64,000 nucleotides of DNA, from the NCBI GenBank assembly GCA_965249525.1, contig OZ252237.1, positions 1,413,705 to 1,477,704 on the forward strand. The letters run 5' to 3'. The number at the start of each line of letters is the position of its first letter. The stretch's first letter is position 1. Below the pieces are notes generated by a model. The model was not told the origin of the DNA and did no database searches. It saw nothing but the letters and a program-made list of their open reading frames with translations. The DNA is from a bacterium. Lineage in GTDB: Bacteria; SAR324; JACQKK01. Below are positions 1 through 9,234 of the stretch, piece by piece. Position numbers and translations under genes: made by a program.

Positions 1-2
1 TC

Positions 3-266
3 TTGGGACTGCGCACAGGGCAATACAAGCAAAGGTTGAGTTACCTGCCGCAGGGAGGAGATGCGCGACAAACATTAAACAGTTCCGCCACCTCAGCTTC
101 TGGCTTATCTCTAGGAATAGAACGCAACCAGTTGATTTTGAAAATAGTCTATGACCAAGCAGACTTTCCCCATAAGGAATACATCAATTCTTCTGAAGGA
201 GACGACTCCCAAGAAGTGTCTATGGAAGGTGCTGGAGTAAGCCTGAGCCTTGGCTTTCGCAACTAG
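3..266 (+). CDS. 3' end of an unidentified ORF running in from upstream of the window; no recognisable motif
   Basis: Open frame from the window edge to a TAG at 264-266. No conserved motif recognised. Confidence 0.2.
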   Translation: MGLRTGQYKQRLSYLPQGGDARQTLNSSATSASGLSLGIERNQLILKIVYDQADFPHKEYINSSEGDDSQEVSMEGAGVSLSLGFRN

Positions 267-320
267 CCTGCCAGCCTGCAAACAAAAGACACCACTACAT
301 CCTCTGGGAGACCCCCCCCC

Positions 321-698
321 TCAACCTATGCGACTTCCCAGGGGCACTGCGCGCTCTGGCTGCAACAACACCAGCCCTTTGCTGGTATACGCACCCAGCA
401 CCAACACCTCAGACATAAAGTCTGCTATTTGACGAGGCGGAAAATTCACCACCGCACATACCAACCGTCCTGTTAAAGTTGGCTTGTCATACAATTCCAC
501 CGCTTGTACACTGGAATGCTTCACTCCCAATGAAGCACCGAAATCAATCCACAGCTTCCATGAGGGCTTACGCGCTTTAGGAAAATCCTCCACCCGCTCA
601 ACCCGACCCATACGAATATCCAGCTGGAAAAAAGCATCCACTCCTGCCTTAGCTGCTGCTGGGGGCATGGGGGGTTGATAGGAAGCATCTTGTGTCAT
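321..698 (-). CDS. tRNA-binding protein (CsaA/YgjH-like, EMAP/Myf-type tRNA-binding domain)
   Basis: 125 aa. The motif GRVERVEDFPKARKPSWKLWIDFG resembles the OB-fold tRNA-binding domain of CsaA/YgjH and the MetRS C-terminus. Confidence 0.65.
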   Translation of the reverse strand: MTQDASYQPPMPPAAAKAGVDAFFQLDIRMGRVERVEDFPKARKPSWKLWIDFGASLGVKHSSVQAVELYDKPTLTGRLVCAVVNFPPRQIADFMSEVLVLGAYTSKGLVLLQPERAVPLGSRIG

Positions 699-962
699 GT
701 CATCTCTCCTGCTGCGTTGCTGCCTTAAGTGAAAAATCCCCCTTTAACCATTCCCCCCCTTTAATCATTCCCCGCATGCTCTTATCATCTTATTCTATTG
801 GTGAGGGAAGGGTTGCCATTCTTTTCTCACTCCCGCAAGCTTGCCAAGCTCTGTCAATTTTGCTAGGCTGGTTTTTTAAAAACAACAGCAAAAAAGCACT
901 TACCTCAAGACATATCGCAGGCTGTTGGCGAACATGTCTTTATCTTTTTTTGAATAACACAC

Positions 963-2087
963 ATGGGTATTTTCCCTTTTTTTCGCCTGGTACTTTTTCA
1001 ATGGAAGTCCCCCCTGGGATTTTCTTCTATGCTTTTCACAGCACTGCTGGTGGGCGGGCTGTTGATGGGTGGCTGCGAAAAAGTTGCCCCCACTGTCCAA
1101 CAGAAAGATCAGGTGCGCTGGAAAATGGCAGGAGCCTTTCCCTCTAGCCTGCCTGTACTGGGAGAAGGGGCTTCCTATTATGTAGAACGGGTGCGCATCA
1201 TCACCCAAGGGCGGGTGGATATTCAGCTGTTTGAACCCAACAAGCTGGTACCACCTCTAGAAATGTTTGATGCTGTCAGCCAAGGTGCAATTGATGCTGC
1301 TTGGTCTGCACCTGGCTACTGGACCGGTAAGATTCCCGCTGCGGCATTTTTTGCAGCAGTGCCTTTTGGTCCTGATGTAACAGAATACCTTGCCTGGGTT
1401 TACCAGGGAGGCGGATTGGAATTGTGGCGTGAACTTTATGGACGCAGCAAAGTGGTGCCTATTCCTTGTGGTATGCTGCCTCCAGAGGCTTCAGGGTGGT
1501 TTCGGCAGCCGATTACTGGGGTGAAGAATTTTCAGGGGATGAAAATTCGTTTTTATGGCCTGGGCGGTGAGGTGATGCAAAAGCTAGGGGCATCTGTACA
1601 ATTGCTGCCTGTGGCAGAAACCTATCCTGCTTTGGAAAGCGGGCTGCTGGATGCTTCAGAATTGTCCATGCCCAGCATAGACGCCCAACTGGGCTTTGCC
1701 CGTGTGGCAAAGAACTATTATTTTCCTGGCTGGCATCAACAGGCATCGTTTTTGGAGTTGTTGATAGCCCAAGACCGCTGGGATGCCTTGCAAAAATCAG
1801 ATCAAGCACTGTTGGAAAGCGTTTGTCGGGATGCCATCGTAGAACATGTGGTGCGCGGAGAGGCGCAGCAGGGCGAAGCCCTGCGCCAATTGGAAAAACA
1901 AGGGGTGACCTTGCAGCGTTGGGATAAAGAAACCATGGCAGCCTTTCGTAAAGCCTGGGAACAAGTACTCGTAGAACAGAGTGCCAAGGACAAAGATTTT
2001 CGCCGTGTCCACCAGTCTTATCAGAAGTTCCGCCAGGGCTATGCACGCTGGGCAAAATTGTCTCGCCTGCGACATGAGGAAAAATAA
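963..2087 (+). CDS. TRAP transporter substrate-binding protein (DctP family), lipoprotein
   Basis: 374 aa. N-terminal signal with lipobox LLMGGC. Followed by DctQ- and DctM-type genes in one orientation. Confidence 0.75.
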   Translation: MGIFPFFRLVLFQWKSPLGFSSMLFTALLVGGLLMGGCEKVAPTVQQKDQVRWKMAGAFPSSLPVLGEGASYYVERVRIITQGRVDIQLFEPNKLVPPLEMFDAVSQGAIDAAWSAPGYWTGKIPAAAFFAAVPFGPDVTEYLAWVYQGGGLELWRELYGRSKVVPIPCGMLPPEASGWFRQPITGVKNFQGMKIRFYGLGGEVMQKLGASVQLLPVAETYPALESGLLDASELSMPSIDAQLGFARVAKNYYFPGWHQQASFLELLIAQDRWDALQKSDQALLESVCRDAIVEHVVRGEAQQGEALRQLEKQGVTLQRWDKETMAAFRKAWEQVLVEQSAKDKDFRRVHQSYQKFRQGYARWAKLSRLRHEEK

Positions 2088-2127
2088 AGAAGCTCCTTGA
2101 ACTAAAAACATTCTCTTCCCCCAGAGA

Positions 2128-2754
2128 TTGATGAATAAGCCTCAGCAGCTGCCCCCCAACCAGGAGTCAATGCCTGGGTGGAAGCAGTTTGCAGTAAAGC
2201 TGGCAGTACAGTTGGAAGCTGGATGTGCTATGGTGGGACGGCTGGCAGCTTGGTTGTTTTTGTTGGTAGCTGCTGTGATTGTGTGGGATGTGGTGATGCG
2301 ACGCTTGTTCGTACAAGGTTCTGTATTGCTGCAAGAATTGGAGTGGCATCTGCATGCCTTGGGTCTTATGTCTTGTTTGGCATGGGCCTATGGTCGTGAT
2401 GAGCACATTCGCATTGATTTGTTCCGTTCTCACATGAGCATGCGCCGACGCAACCAAGTAGAATTATGGGGCTGTTTGCTGCTGCTGCTGCCTTGGAGTA
2501 TGTGGACATCCGTATTGGGCTGGCGTTTTGTGGAAGCCTCATTTGCATTAGGAGAGAGTTCCCATGCACCCGGCGGTTTGGGGATGCGCTGGCTGATTAA
2601 AGCTGCTTTGCCGTTGGGCATGGGTTTATTAAGCCTGCAAGGCTGGGCGAAAGTACTCAAGCTGTTGGTCTTGCCGACTGAAACGCTAAAGGCAAAGTCA
2701 GAACCTCACCTGCCTGCTGCCAGGGCTGCTGCACCTCCATCTTCTTTTGTGTGA
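2128..2754 (+). CDS. TRAP transporter small permease (DctQ-like)
   Basis: 208 aa, four predicted TM segments. Sits between the DctP-like and DctM-like genes and overlaps the dctM start by 8 nt. Confidence 0.7.
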   Translation: MMNKPQQLPPNQESMPGWKQFAVKLAVQLEAGCAMVGRLAAWLFLLVAAVIVWDVVMRRLFVQGSVLLQELEWHLHALGLMSCLAWAYGRDEHIRIDLFRSHMSMRRRNQVELWGCLLLLLPWSMWTSVLGWRFVEASFALGESSHAPGGLGMRWLIKAALPLGMGLLSLQGWAKVLKLLVLPTETLKAKSEPHLPAARAAAPPSSFV

Positions 2755-4123
2755 TGCGCTGCTGATGGCATGGCAAGACTGGCTTCCCTTACTGATGCTG
2801 CCCTTTTTGGCAGCAGGATTGCTAAGCGGTTATCCTGCTGCTTTCGTACTGGCAGGCACAGCCATGCTGGCTGGATTGGGGGGCATAGCAGCAGGAACTT
2901 TTGCAGGTAGAGAATTTTACAATATCGTACTGCGCAGCTGGGGAGTGATCTCTGATCCTTTGCTGGTAGCCATCCCCATGTTTATATTGATGGGGGTAAC
3001 CTTGGAACGTACGGGTCTGGCAGAAGACCTGCTCAAACAATTGTCGCTGCTGCTAAGGCGTGTGCCTGGAGGATTGGCCATAGCGGTGGTGGGCATGGGA
3101 ACAGTGATGGCAGCCGGGACGGGTGTAATTGCGGCATCGGTGGTGATGATGGGATTGGTGGCTTTAAGTCCTATGCTGAAACAGGGCTATCAAAAAGAGC
3201 TTGCCTGCGGGACGATTTGTGCAGCTTCCACCTTGGGTATTTTGGTTCCGCCCAGCATTATGCTGGTGCTTATGGGACATTTGCTGTCGCTGCCTGTGAG
3301 CGATTTGTTTTTGGGGGCGGTATTTCCCGGTCTATTGCTGGCATTATTGTATGCGGGGTATATCTTACTGCGCTGTACCTTTCAGCCTCAGCTGGCACCA
3401 CCAGTCAGCAGCACGGGGGAAAAATGGTCATGGCAGGCACTGGCATCGCTTTTTGCTGCTTTGCTGCCGATGGTGCTGCTGGCAGGTTTGGTGCTGGGCA
3501 GCATCTTTTATGGTTGGGCTACGCCCACAGAGGCTTCTGGGGTGGGGGCAGCAGCTGCGCTTTTGTTGGCGATGATGAGACACAGCCTTTCTTCTCAGGT
3601 GCTGGGTACAATTATTGAACGCAGCGCATTGATTATAGCCAAGGCCTTTGCAGTTATTTTAGGTGCTACGGCTTTTGCCTATGTGTTTCGTTCTTTGGGG
3701 GGCGAATTGGTGATGGAGCGGCTGCTGCTGGGCTTGCCTTTGAATGGCTGGGGCTTGCTGCTGCTGTTGATGGTGTTGATTTTCTTGCTGGGTTTCTTTT
3801 TTGACTGGATAGAAATTGTGCTGATTGTACTGCCGTTATTTGGACCTGTGGCAGGACAGCTGCAATTGGACTTGGGGCTTGATGGACAACAGCAGCTGTT
3901 ATGGTTTGCCATTTTGGCTGCCATTAATCTGCAAACTTCTTTCTTGACGCCTCCCTTTGGGTTTGCCTTGTTCTACTTAAAGGGAAGCGCCCCTGCAGAA
4001 ATATCGGTAGCACACATTTATCGGGGCATCATCCCTTTTGTGCTGCTGCAGCTGCTGGGATTGGCGTTGGTGCTTTTCTTCCCCCAATTGGCTTTGTGGC
4101 TGCCTGGACAGGGAAGACCTTAG
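2747..4123 (+). CDS. TRAP transporter large permease (DctM-like)
   Basis: 458 aa, highly hydrophobic polytopic protein with glycine-rich DctM-like segments. Operon context with DctP/DctQ. Confidence 0.8.
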   Translation: MCDALLMAWQDWLPLLMLPFLAAGLLSGYPAAFVLAGTAMLAGLGGIAAGTFAGREFYNIVLRSWGVISDPLLVAIPMFILMGVTLERTGLAEDLLKQLSLLLRRVPGGLAIAVVGMGTVMAAGTGVIAASVVMMGLVALSPMLKQGYQKELACGTICAASTLGILVPPSIMLVLMGHLLSLPVSDLFLGAVFPGLLLALLYAGYILLRCTFQPQLAPPVSSTGEKWSWQALASLFAALLPMVLLAGLVLGSIFYGWATPTEASGVGAAAALLLAMMRHSLSSQVLGTIIERSALIIAKAFAVILGATAFAYVFRSLGGELVMERLLLGLPLNGWGLLLLLMVLIFLLGFFFDWIEIVLIVLPLFGPVAGQLQLDLGLDGQQQLLWFAILAAINLQTSFLTPPFGFALFYLKGSAPAEISVAHIYRGIIPFVLLQLLGLALVLFFPQLALWLPGQGRP

Positions 4124-4167
4124 GGAACCTGGCTGCAACCAAAGGAAAAGAAACCCTCCCCCGTCAA

Positions 4168-5907
4168 TCACAAGCGCGCAGCGCGCATCATGGCAGCACC
4201 CAAGGCATCCTCTTTTGCTATCTGTTCCAAATCCGCCTGCTGATTATTCAAACGGCGTCTGTGTGCCAACAATCGCTGCGATAATACCTTGCCCAATTGC
4301 ACCCCCTCTTGATCAAACGAATTGATATTCCATAAGAAACCCTGAAATGCCACCTTGTGTTCATAAAACGCTAACAAGGCACCCATGGCATGAGGCGTTA
4401 GGCGATCCGCCAACAACAGCCAACTGGGACGATTGCCAGGAAACACCCGATTGGGATTGCTGTCTCGCTGACCGACAGCCAGTGCCAGCACCTGCGCCAA
4501 TAAATTCGCCAACAGCTTCTGCTGGCTGGACACCCCTTCCATTTCCATATCCTCTTCATACTGAGATTGACGAAAACCAATAAACTCGCAGGGAACAATG
4601 GATTCACTCTGGTGCAGCATCTGGTAGAACGCATGCTGCCCATTGGTGCCCGGCTCCCCCCACACCACCGGGCTAGTAGCATAATCCAGCGCTTCCCCAC
4701 GGCGATTGATACGCTTGCCATTGCTTTCCATATCCAATTGCTGCAAATGCGCAGTAAAGCGAATCAACGCCTCGCTGTAAGGCAGCACCGCCAAACTCTC
4801 CAACCCCAGCAAATTCCGATTCCACACCCCCAGCAAAGCCGCCGTCAAAGGCAAATTGTCTTGCCCAACCGCTGAATACGCATGCAAATCCATATGACGC
4901 GCACCTCGCAAAATCTCCATAAAACGCTGCATCCCCAACCCAAAACCCAAACTGACACCACCCACCATGGAAGTAGCACTATACCGCCCCCCAATATAAT
5001 CAAACATATGGAAGGTCTCTAAGTAGCCCTTGCCTCCATCCATCGGGCTGCCCTGGCCCGTAACACACACAAAATGCTGGGCTGGATCCAAACCCCCTTC
5101 TTCAAAATATCGACGCCCCATCCGTTCATTGGTCAAGGTTTCCATGGTCGCTCCACTCTTGGAAACCACATTCACCAAGGTGCGAGATAAATCCAACCGC
5201 CTCAGGACTCCAATCAAGGCATCGGGGTCTATGTTGGATACATAATGCACCTGCCGTTCTTTCTCCCGAAACGGCTGCAAAGCCAAATAAATCGCCTTAG
5301 GACCTAAATCAGATCCCCCAATACCGATGTTCACCAAATCGGTAAATCGCTGATTGACAGCATTGGATATCACCCCGCTGTCCAATCCCGACAAAAAATC
5401 ATCCAGCTTGCCTAATTGCAGGCGGGCTTCTTGTTCTGCCTGCTGCGTACGAACTATGGGTTCTTGCCAAGGAAAACCCGCACCCGAAAAATCAGCATAG
5501 GGCAAATCATCAAATACCTGGCGACTGACTGTGTGCAGCACCTGACGGCGCTCACTTTCCACCCCCACAATGGCATTCATCACCTCCCCTGACACCATCT
5601 GAGCAAATTGCTGCTGTACCTTGGCCTGTGCTGCAAAAGCATACAATTGCAGCATCACCTGCTGGTCTACCCGCTGCGTACCATACAAAAAATCAAATCC
5701 GCAGGCTTGCAGACGCATCTGTGCAATTCGCTGGGGTGTCAATACCCCAGCATCTGTCAAATCCACTGGCTGGTGCGCCAGCTGTCTTAGCACTTCCCAG
5801 GCAGGCAGTTGCTTTAAACCCCTGTATCCAGACAGTCCCATCTCAGACATGGCTTCCTTAGGTGAATGCTCGCCCTTACTTCCATATACCTCCACATAAC
5901 AACCCAT
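4168..5907 (-). CDS. pgi: glucose-6-phosphate isomerase
   Basis: 579 aa. Conserved PGI motifs: DYIGGRYS, QQLDMESNGK, GEPGTNGQHAFYQ. Confidence 0.9.
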   Translation of the reverse strand: MGCYVEVYGSKGEHSPKEAMSEMGLSGYRGLKQLPAWEVLRQLAHQPVDLTDAGVLTPQRIAQMRLQACGFDFLYGTQRVDQQVMLQLYAFAAQAKVQQQFAQMVSGEVMNAIVGVESERRQVLHTVSRQVFDDLPYADFSGAGFPWQEPIVRTQQAEQEARLQLGKLDDFLSGLDSGVISNAVNQRFTDLVNIGIGGSDLGPKAIYLALQPFREKERQVHYVSNIDPDALIGVLRRLDLSRTLVNVVSKSGATMETLTNERMGRRYFEEGGLDPAQHFVCVTGQGSPMDGGKGYLETFHMFDYIGGRYSATSMVGGVSLGFGLGMQRFMEILRGARHMDLHAYSAVGQDNLPLTAALLGVWNRNLLGLESLAVLPYSEALIRFTAHLQQLDMESNGKRINRRGEALDYATSPVVWGEPGTNGQHAFYQMLHQSESIVPCEFIGFRQSQYEEDMEMEGVSSQQKLLANLLAQVLALAVGQRDSNPNRVFPGNRPSWLLLADRLTPHAMGALLAFYEHKVAFQGFLWNINSFDQEGVQLGKVLSQRLLAHRRRLNNQQADLEQIAKEDALGAAMMRAARL

Positions 5908-6095
5908 GTTAGCATACTCCTCTATAACTGCTGATGCACCTGCCCCAGGATACCAGCTGTTATCAATGCCAAGATTCTTGGCTATTTTGCCAGTAAAGAG
6001 GAATAATAGAATAGAGGCTGCAGCTTGTCTTCAATCAAAAACAGTATCAAAAGTTATATGAAGAATGGTACAAAATGGGTGCATCTTTGCATAAT

Positions 6096-6140
6096 CTTTG
6101 ACACATTGCCTTTGACACATTGCCTTTGACACATTATTCC
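6096..6140. repeat. 15-bp tandem repeat x3 (TTTGACACATTGCCT), each unit containing TTGACA
   Basis: Read directly from the sequence. Lies in the pgi/relA-spoT divergent intergenic region. Confidence 0.9.
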
Positions 6141-6208
6141 TTACAATTGCCTGACACAGCTGTTCTTGTTCCTGACAACATACGCTTTTTCTCTTCAAGG
6201 CAAGCTCC

Positions 6209-8506
6209 ATGAAAACACCCGCAGCCCAGCTAGCCGACATACAGCCCAGTCCGCATTCCAGCAAATCCCTGGCATCTTCCTTACCAAAATTTGCAAGTCC
6301 TGATGCCGCCCCAAGTGGTGCAGCTGAAGATAGCAGCCCGAAACAAAAACCACGCAGCCAGCAATTTTCTCGCCTCAAACAACATGCCCACAACTTAAAG
6401 ACCTTGCGGCAAGACATCTTGCAGCACCACAGCAAGGCCGGTTCTCGCCGCAAAAAGATGCTGCTGCGCGCCTTGATGGACGCCCGCCACGGTCATCGCA
6501 GACAATGGAGGCATTCGGGCGAACCTTACATCCTGCATCCCATGCGGGTAGCCCTAATGACTGCCAAGGCCGGACTGGATGTGGAATCCACCATCGTTGC
6601 TTTGCTGCATGACCTGATTGAAGATACCGAATTTACCAAAGCACAAATGCAGCAAACTTACGGCAATTGGATTGCCGACATGGTGGAAGGACTCACCAAG
6701 GTGTACCAGGTCAATCAAAGCGATGGGGTGCATACGCTGCCGGTGTTTGCCACCTATCGTCGCCTGATTTCACAAACAGTGCGAGATATCCGCACCCTGC
6801 AAGTGAAGTTATTTGACCGCCTAGACAATATGCACGACTTGACACCACTGCCCAGAAACAAACAGCGCAGCATCAGTCGCGAAACTTGGGGCGTGTATGT
6901 GCCTATGGCTGAACGTTTGGGGATGCAAAATTTAGCAGAAGAATTAACCACCCTGGCTTTTTCTCATCTGTATCCGCTGCGATACACAAAAACCCTCGCC
7001 TGGCTGAAAGACAAACAAAAAGAAGAGACCATGAAAACCCAGGCCCTGTGTGGACTGCTGAAAAAAGAACTGCAGCCTGTGCTAAAGAATTTCACCTTTG
7101 TTGCTCTTTATCAGCACATCTCAGAATTTTTCAGCCAAGAACAACTTCCTGCCCGCAGCTTTAAGGGTGTGGAAATTATCGTCCCCAATGCCCAAAGCTG
7201 CTACAAAGCACTAGGACGACTGCACATGCGCTTTCGCGTGGTACCCATTAGCATTCGCGACTATATCAGCAATCCGCTGCCCAACCACTATCAGGGCTTG
7301 CACTCTGAACTGTTCATCGGTGGTGAACAGGTATTTTTCCGCATTGTGTCTTTTCAAATGCGACATATCAACCAACGAGGCATCTTGGAGGGTTGGAAGG
7401 GCAGCAAGCAAGAACTGGCACATTACTACACCAGCTACCTGGAAATGCTGGAACATTACCAAGAAGACAACCTGCGCATGGAAGATGTGCTGCGTTATGC
7501 TCGCATGGACACTCTGCAGGTATTTACCCCCAAAGGCGAATTACGCACTTTGCCAGCGGGGGCCAGCGTTTTGGATTTTGCTTTTGCTATCCATACAGAT
7601 TTGGGACTGCACTGCTGCGGCGCACGTATTGGCGAACGTCGTACAGGTCCATTTGAGATTTTGTCTGATGGAGAAGTGGTGGAAGTTCTCACCCGTACCG
7701 ACAACCTCCCCAGAACCTCCTGGCTGCAGCATGTACGCACTACCCGCGCCAGGCTGGCTATTCGCCGCTGGCTTAATACCTGCGCAGACCGCAATGCACG
7801 CATCCTGGGACGGCAACGCATCCAAGCCATCCTCAAACATGCCCTTCCCCAAGGTCCCACCCTAACAACCCGTCGCAATTTCTTAAAAGCACTACAAGAT
7901 GAAGAACTTGACCTTAGATCCTTCTACTTCCGGGTGGGTGCAGGAAAATTAGATGCCCGTGCCTTCTTCATCAAACACCAACTCTTTCCTCAAACCCAAC
8001 TTAAACCTCTTCAATCAGAAAAAAGCTCCCGCTGGAGAAAATGGTTCCAAAAACCCCACACCATATCACAACCCCAACTCCAACTAGGACACAACCCTGA
8101 AGCCTTAAACTTCATCCACCTGGCTACCTGCTGCCTTCCCCTGCCGGGAGACGATGTAACCGGCTACCAACAAGAACGGCAGCTCACCCTCCATCGCAAT
8201 AATTGCAAACAAGTCCCCGCCATTCCTCCCCAAAACCGCATCAGCGTCTCTTGGCAAAGCTTTGATAACAACCCCACCCCCCTGCTGCGCATCCGAACCT
8301 GGGAAGATAAACCAGGACAACTCTTCTTCATTATCCGCGTGATGCGAGACCTGCAAGTCAACATCAACAGCATCCAGCTAGCCCCCAACAGACCCACGGA
8401 TATTAACTTGCAGTTAGCCCCCATCTCCTTAAAGCAATTCCGCAACGTCATTCAACGCCTGCGCTCCCTCAAACCCGTCAAAGAAGTACGCATGTCTGCC
8501 TTTTAA
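6209..8506 (+). CDS. RelA/SpoT-family bifunctional (p)ppGpp synthetase/hydrolase with a low-complexity N-terminal extension
   Basis: 765 aa. HD hydrolase motif (HPMRVAL...LLHDLIEDT), synthetase-domain region (DYISNPLPNHYQGLHSE), TGS domain (VFTPKGELRTLPAGASVLDFAFAIHTDLG) and a C-terminal ACT-like region. The first ~90 aa are S/P/A/K-rich. Confidence 0.85.
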   Translation: MKTPAAQLADIQPSPHSSKSLASSLPKFASPDAAPSGAAEDSSPKQKPRSQQFSRLKQHAHNLKTLRQDILQHHSKAGSRRKKMLLRALMDARHGHRRQWRHSGEPYILHPMRVALMTAKAGLDVESTIVALLHDLIEDTEFTKAQMQQTYGNWIADMVEGLTKVYQVNQSDGVHTLPVFATYRRLISQTVRDIRTLQVKLFDRLDNMHDLTPLPRNKQRSISRETWGVYVPMAERLGMQNLAEELTTLAFSHLYPLRYTKTLAWLKDKQKEETMKTQALCGLLKKELQPVLKNFTFVALYQHISEFFSQEQLPARSFKGVEIIVPNAQSCYKALGRLHMRFRVVPISIRDYISNPLPNHYQGLHSELFIGGEQVFFRIVSFQMRHINQRGILEGWKGSKQELAHYYTSYLEMLEHYQEDNLRMEDVLRYARMDTLQVFTPKGELRTLPAGASVLDFAFAIHTDLGLHCCGARIGERRTGPFEILSDGEVVEVLTRTDNLPRTSWLQHVRTTRARLAIRRWLNTCADRNARILGRQRIQAILKHALPQGPTLTTRRNFLKALQDEELDLRSFYFRVGAGKLDARAFFIKHQLFPQTQLKPLQSEKSSRWRKWFQKPHTISQPQLQLGHNPEALNFIHLATCCLPLPGDDVTGYQQERQLTLHRNNCKQVPAIPPQNRISVSWQSFDNNPTPLLRIRTWEDKPGQLFFIIRVMRDLQVNINSIQLAPNRPTDINLQLAPISLKQFRNVIQRLRSLKPVKEVRMSAF

Positions 8507-8590
8507 GCACATCCCTCCCCCACGCACAACACCCAACCCCCAGCCACACTTGCTTAAAAACAAGCACCCCCCTCCTAACAATCCCGTCCC

Positions 8591-9202
8591 TTACCAGCGA
8601 TAGCCCCCCAGCAGCATCCAGCCACTCCAATCCACATCCACTGTCCCTTCTTCTGTCAGTCCCCCCAAATCTTTAATGTCGGAAAAGTCATAACGGAAAT
8701 GCACAAATACCTTGGGAAACCGTACAAAGTTGTAACCTGTGGTAATCCCATAGCTGGAACCACTCCCCTCATCTGCATCAGGCAGGGCAGCACTCAGTGA
8801 ATTGTCATACTGCAGTCTGGCTTGACCCAATGTACCTCCAACATAGGCCCTTTGCCAGCGATTCATCCAACGGCGCACTTCCATACCATAGAGAGTGGTG
8901 TTGGCTTCTTCTTGGCCGCTGGTGTCTTCTCTGCCATTCAACAAGTAGGGAACAAATGCCCAATTGGGGTGAAAGGGCAGTTGATAGTCGACTCCATAGA
9001 TGATGCCGCTGGAAGAGAGGCTCAAGCCATTCCCTTTGGCTTGATGATCACCTTGGCCAAACATCAACCCCAAACCAGCATTATTTCTTTGCTGGGCGTA
9101 AAGCAATGGCGCAGACCACAGCATGAAAGCCAAGACCAGTGCAATCTTGACAGGTGTACACCATGAGACAGAACACACAAATGGATACTTAATGATACGC
9201 AT
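8591..9202 (-). CDS. outer-membrane beta-barrel protein (OmpW/OmpA-like small porin family), signal peptide
   Basis: ORF trimmed to the internal Met (MRIIKYP...) because the longer ORF overlaps carB. Signal peptide ends AQQ. Alternating hydrophobic beta-strand pattern and C-terminal aromatic ...GGYRW. Confidence 0.5.
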   Translation of the reverse strand: MRIIKYPFVCSVSWCTPVKIALVLAFMLWSAPLLYAQQRNNAGLGLMFGQGDHQAKGNGLSLSSSGIIYGVDYQLPFHPNWAFVPYLLNGREDTSGQEEANTTLYGMEVRRWMNRWQRAYVGGTLGQARLQYDNSLSAALPDADEGSGSSYGITTGYNFVRFPKVFVHFRYDFSDIKDLGGLTEEGTVDVDWSGWMLLGGYRW

Positions 9203-9234
9203 GATAAATCTCCCTAGATAAAAGAAGGTGGATG

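Noticed and set aside
6031-6453. 140-aa minus-strand ORF overlapping the relA/spoT-like gene start
   Set aside because: It overlaps a strongly supported gene on the opposite strand, is Cys/Leu-rich with no motif, and sits in the divergent promoter. Likely spurious.
8507-8590. Bidirectional rho-independent terminator between the relA/spoT-like gene and the OMP gene
   Set aside because: Only a weak 5-bp hairpin (TGCTT-N6-AAGCA) without a convincing U-tract. Not confident enough to annotate.
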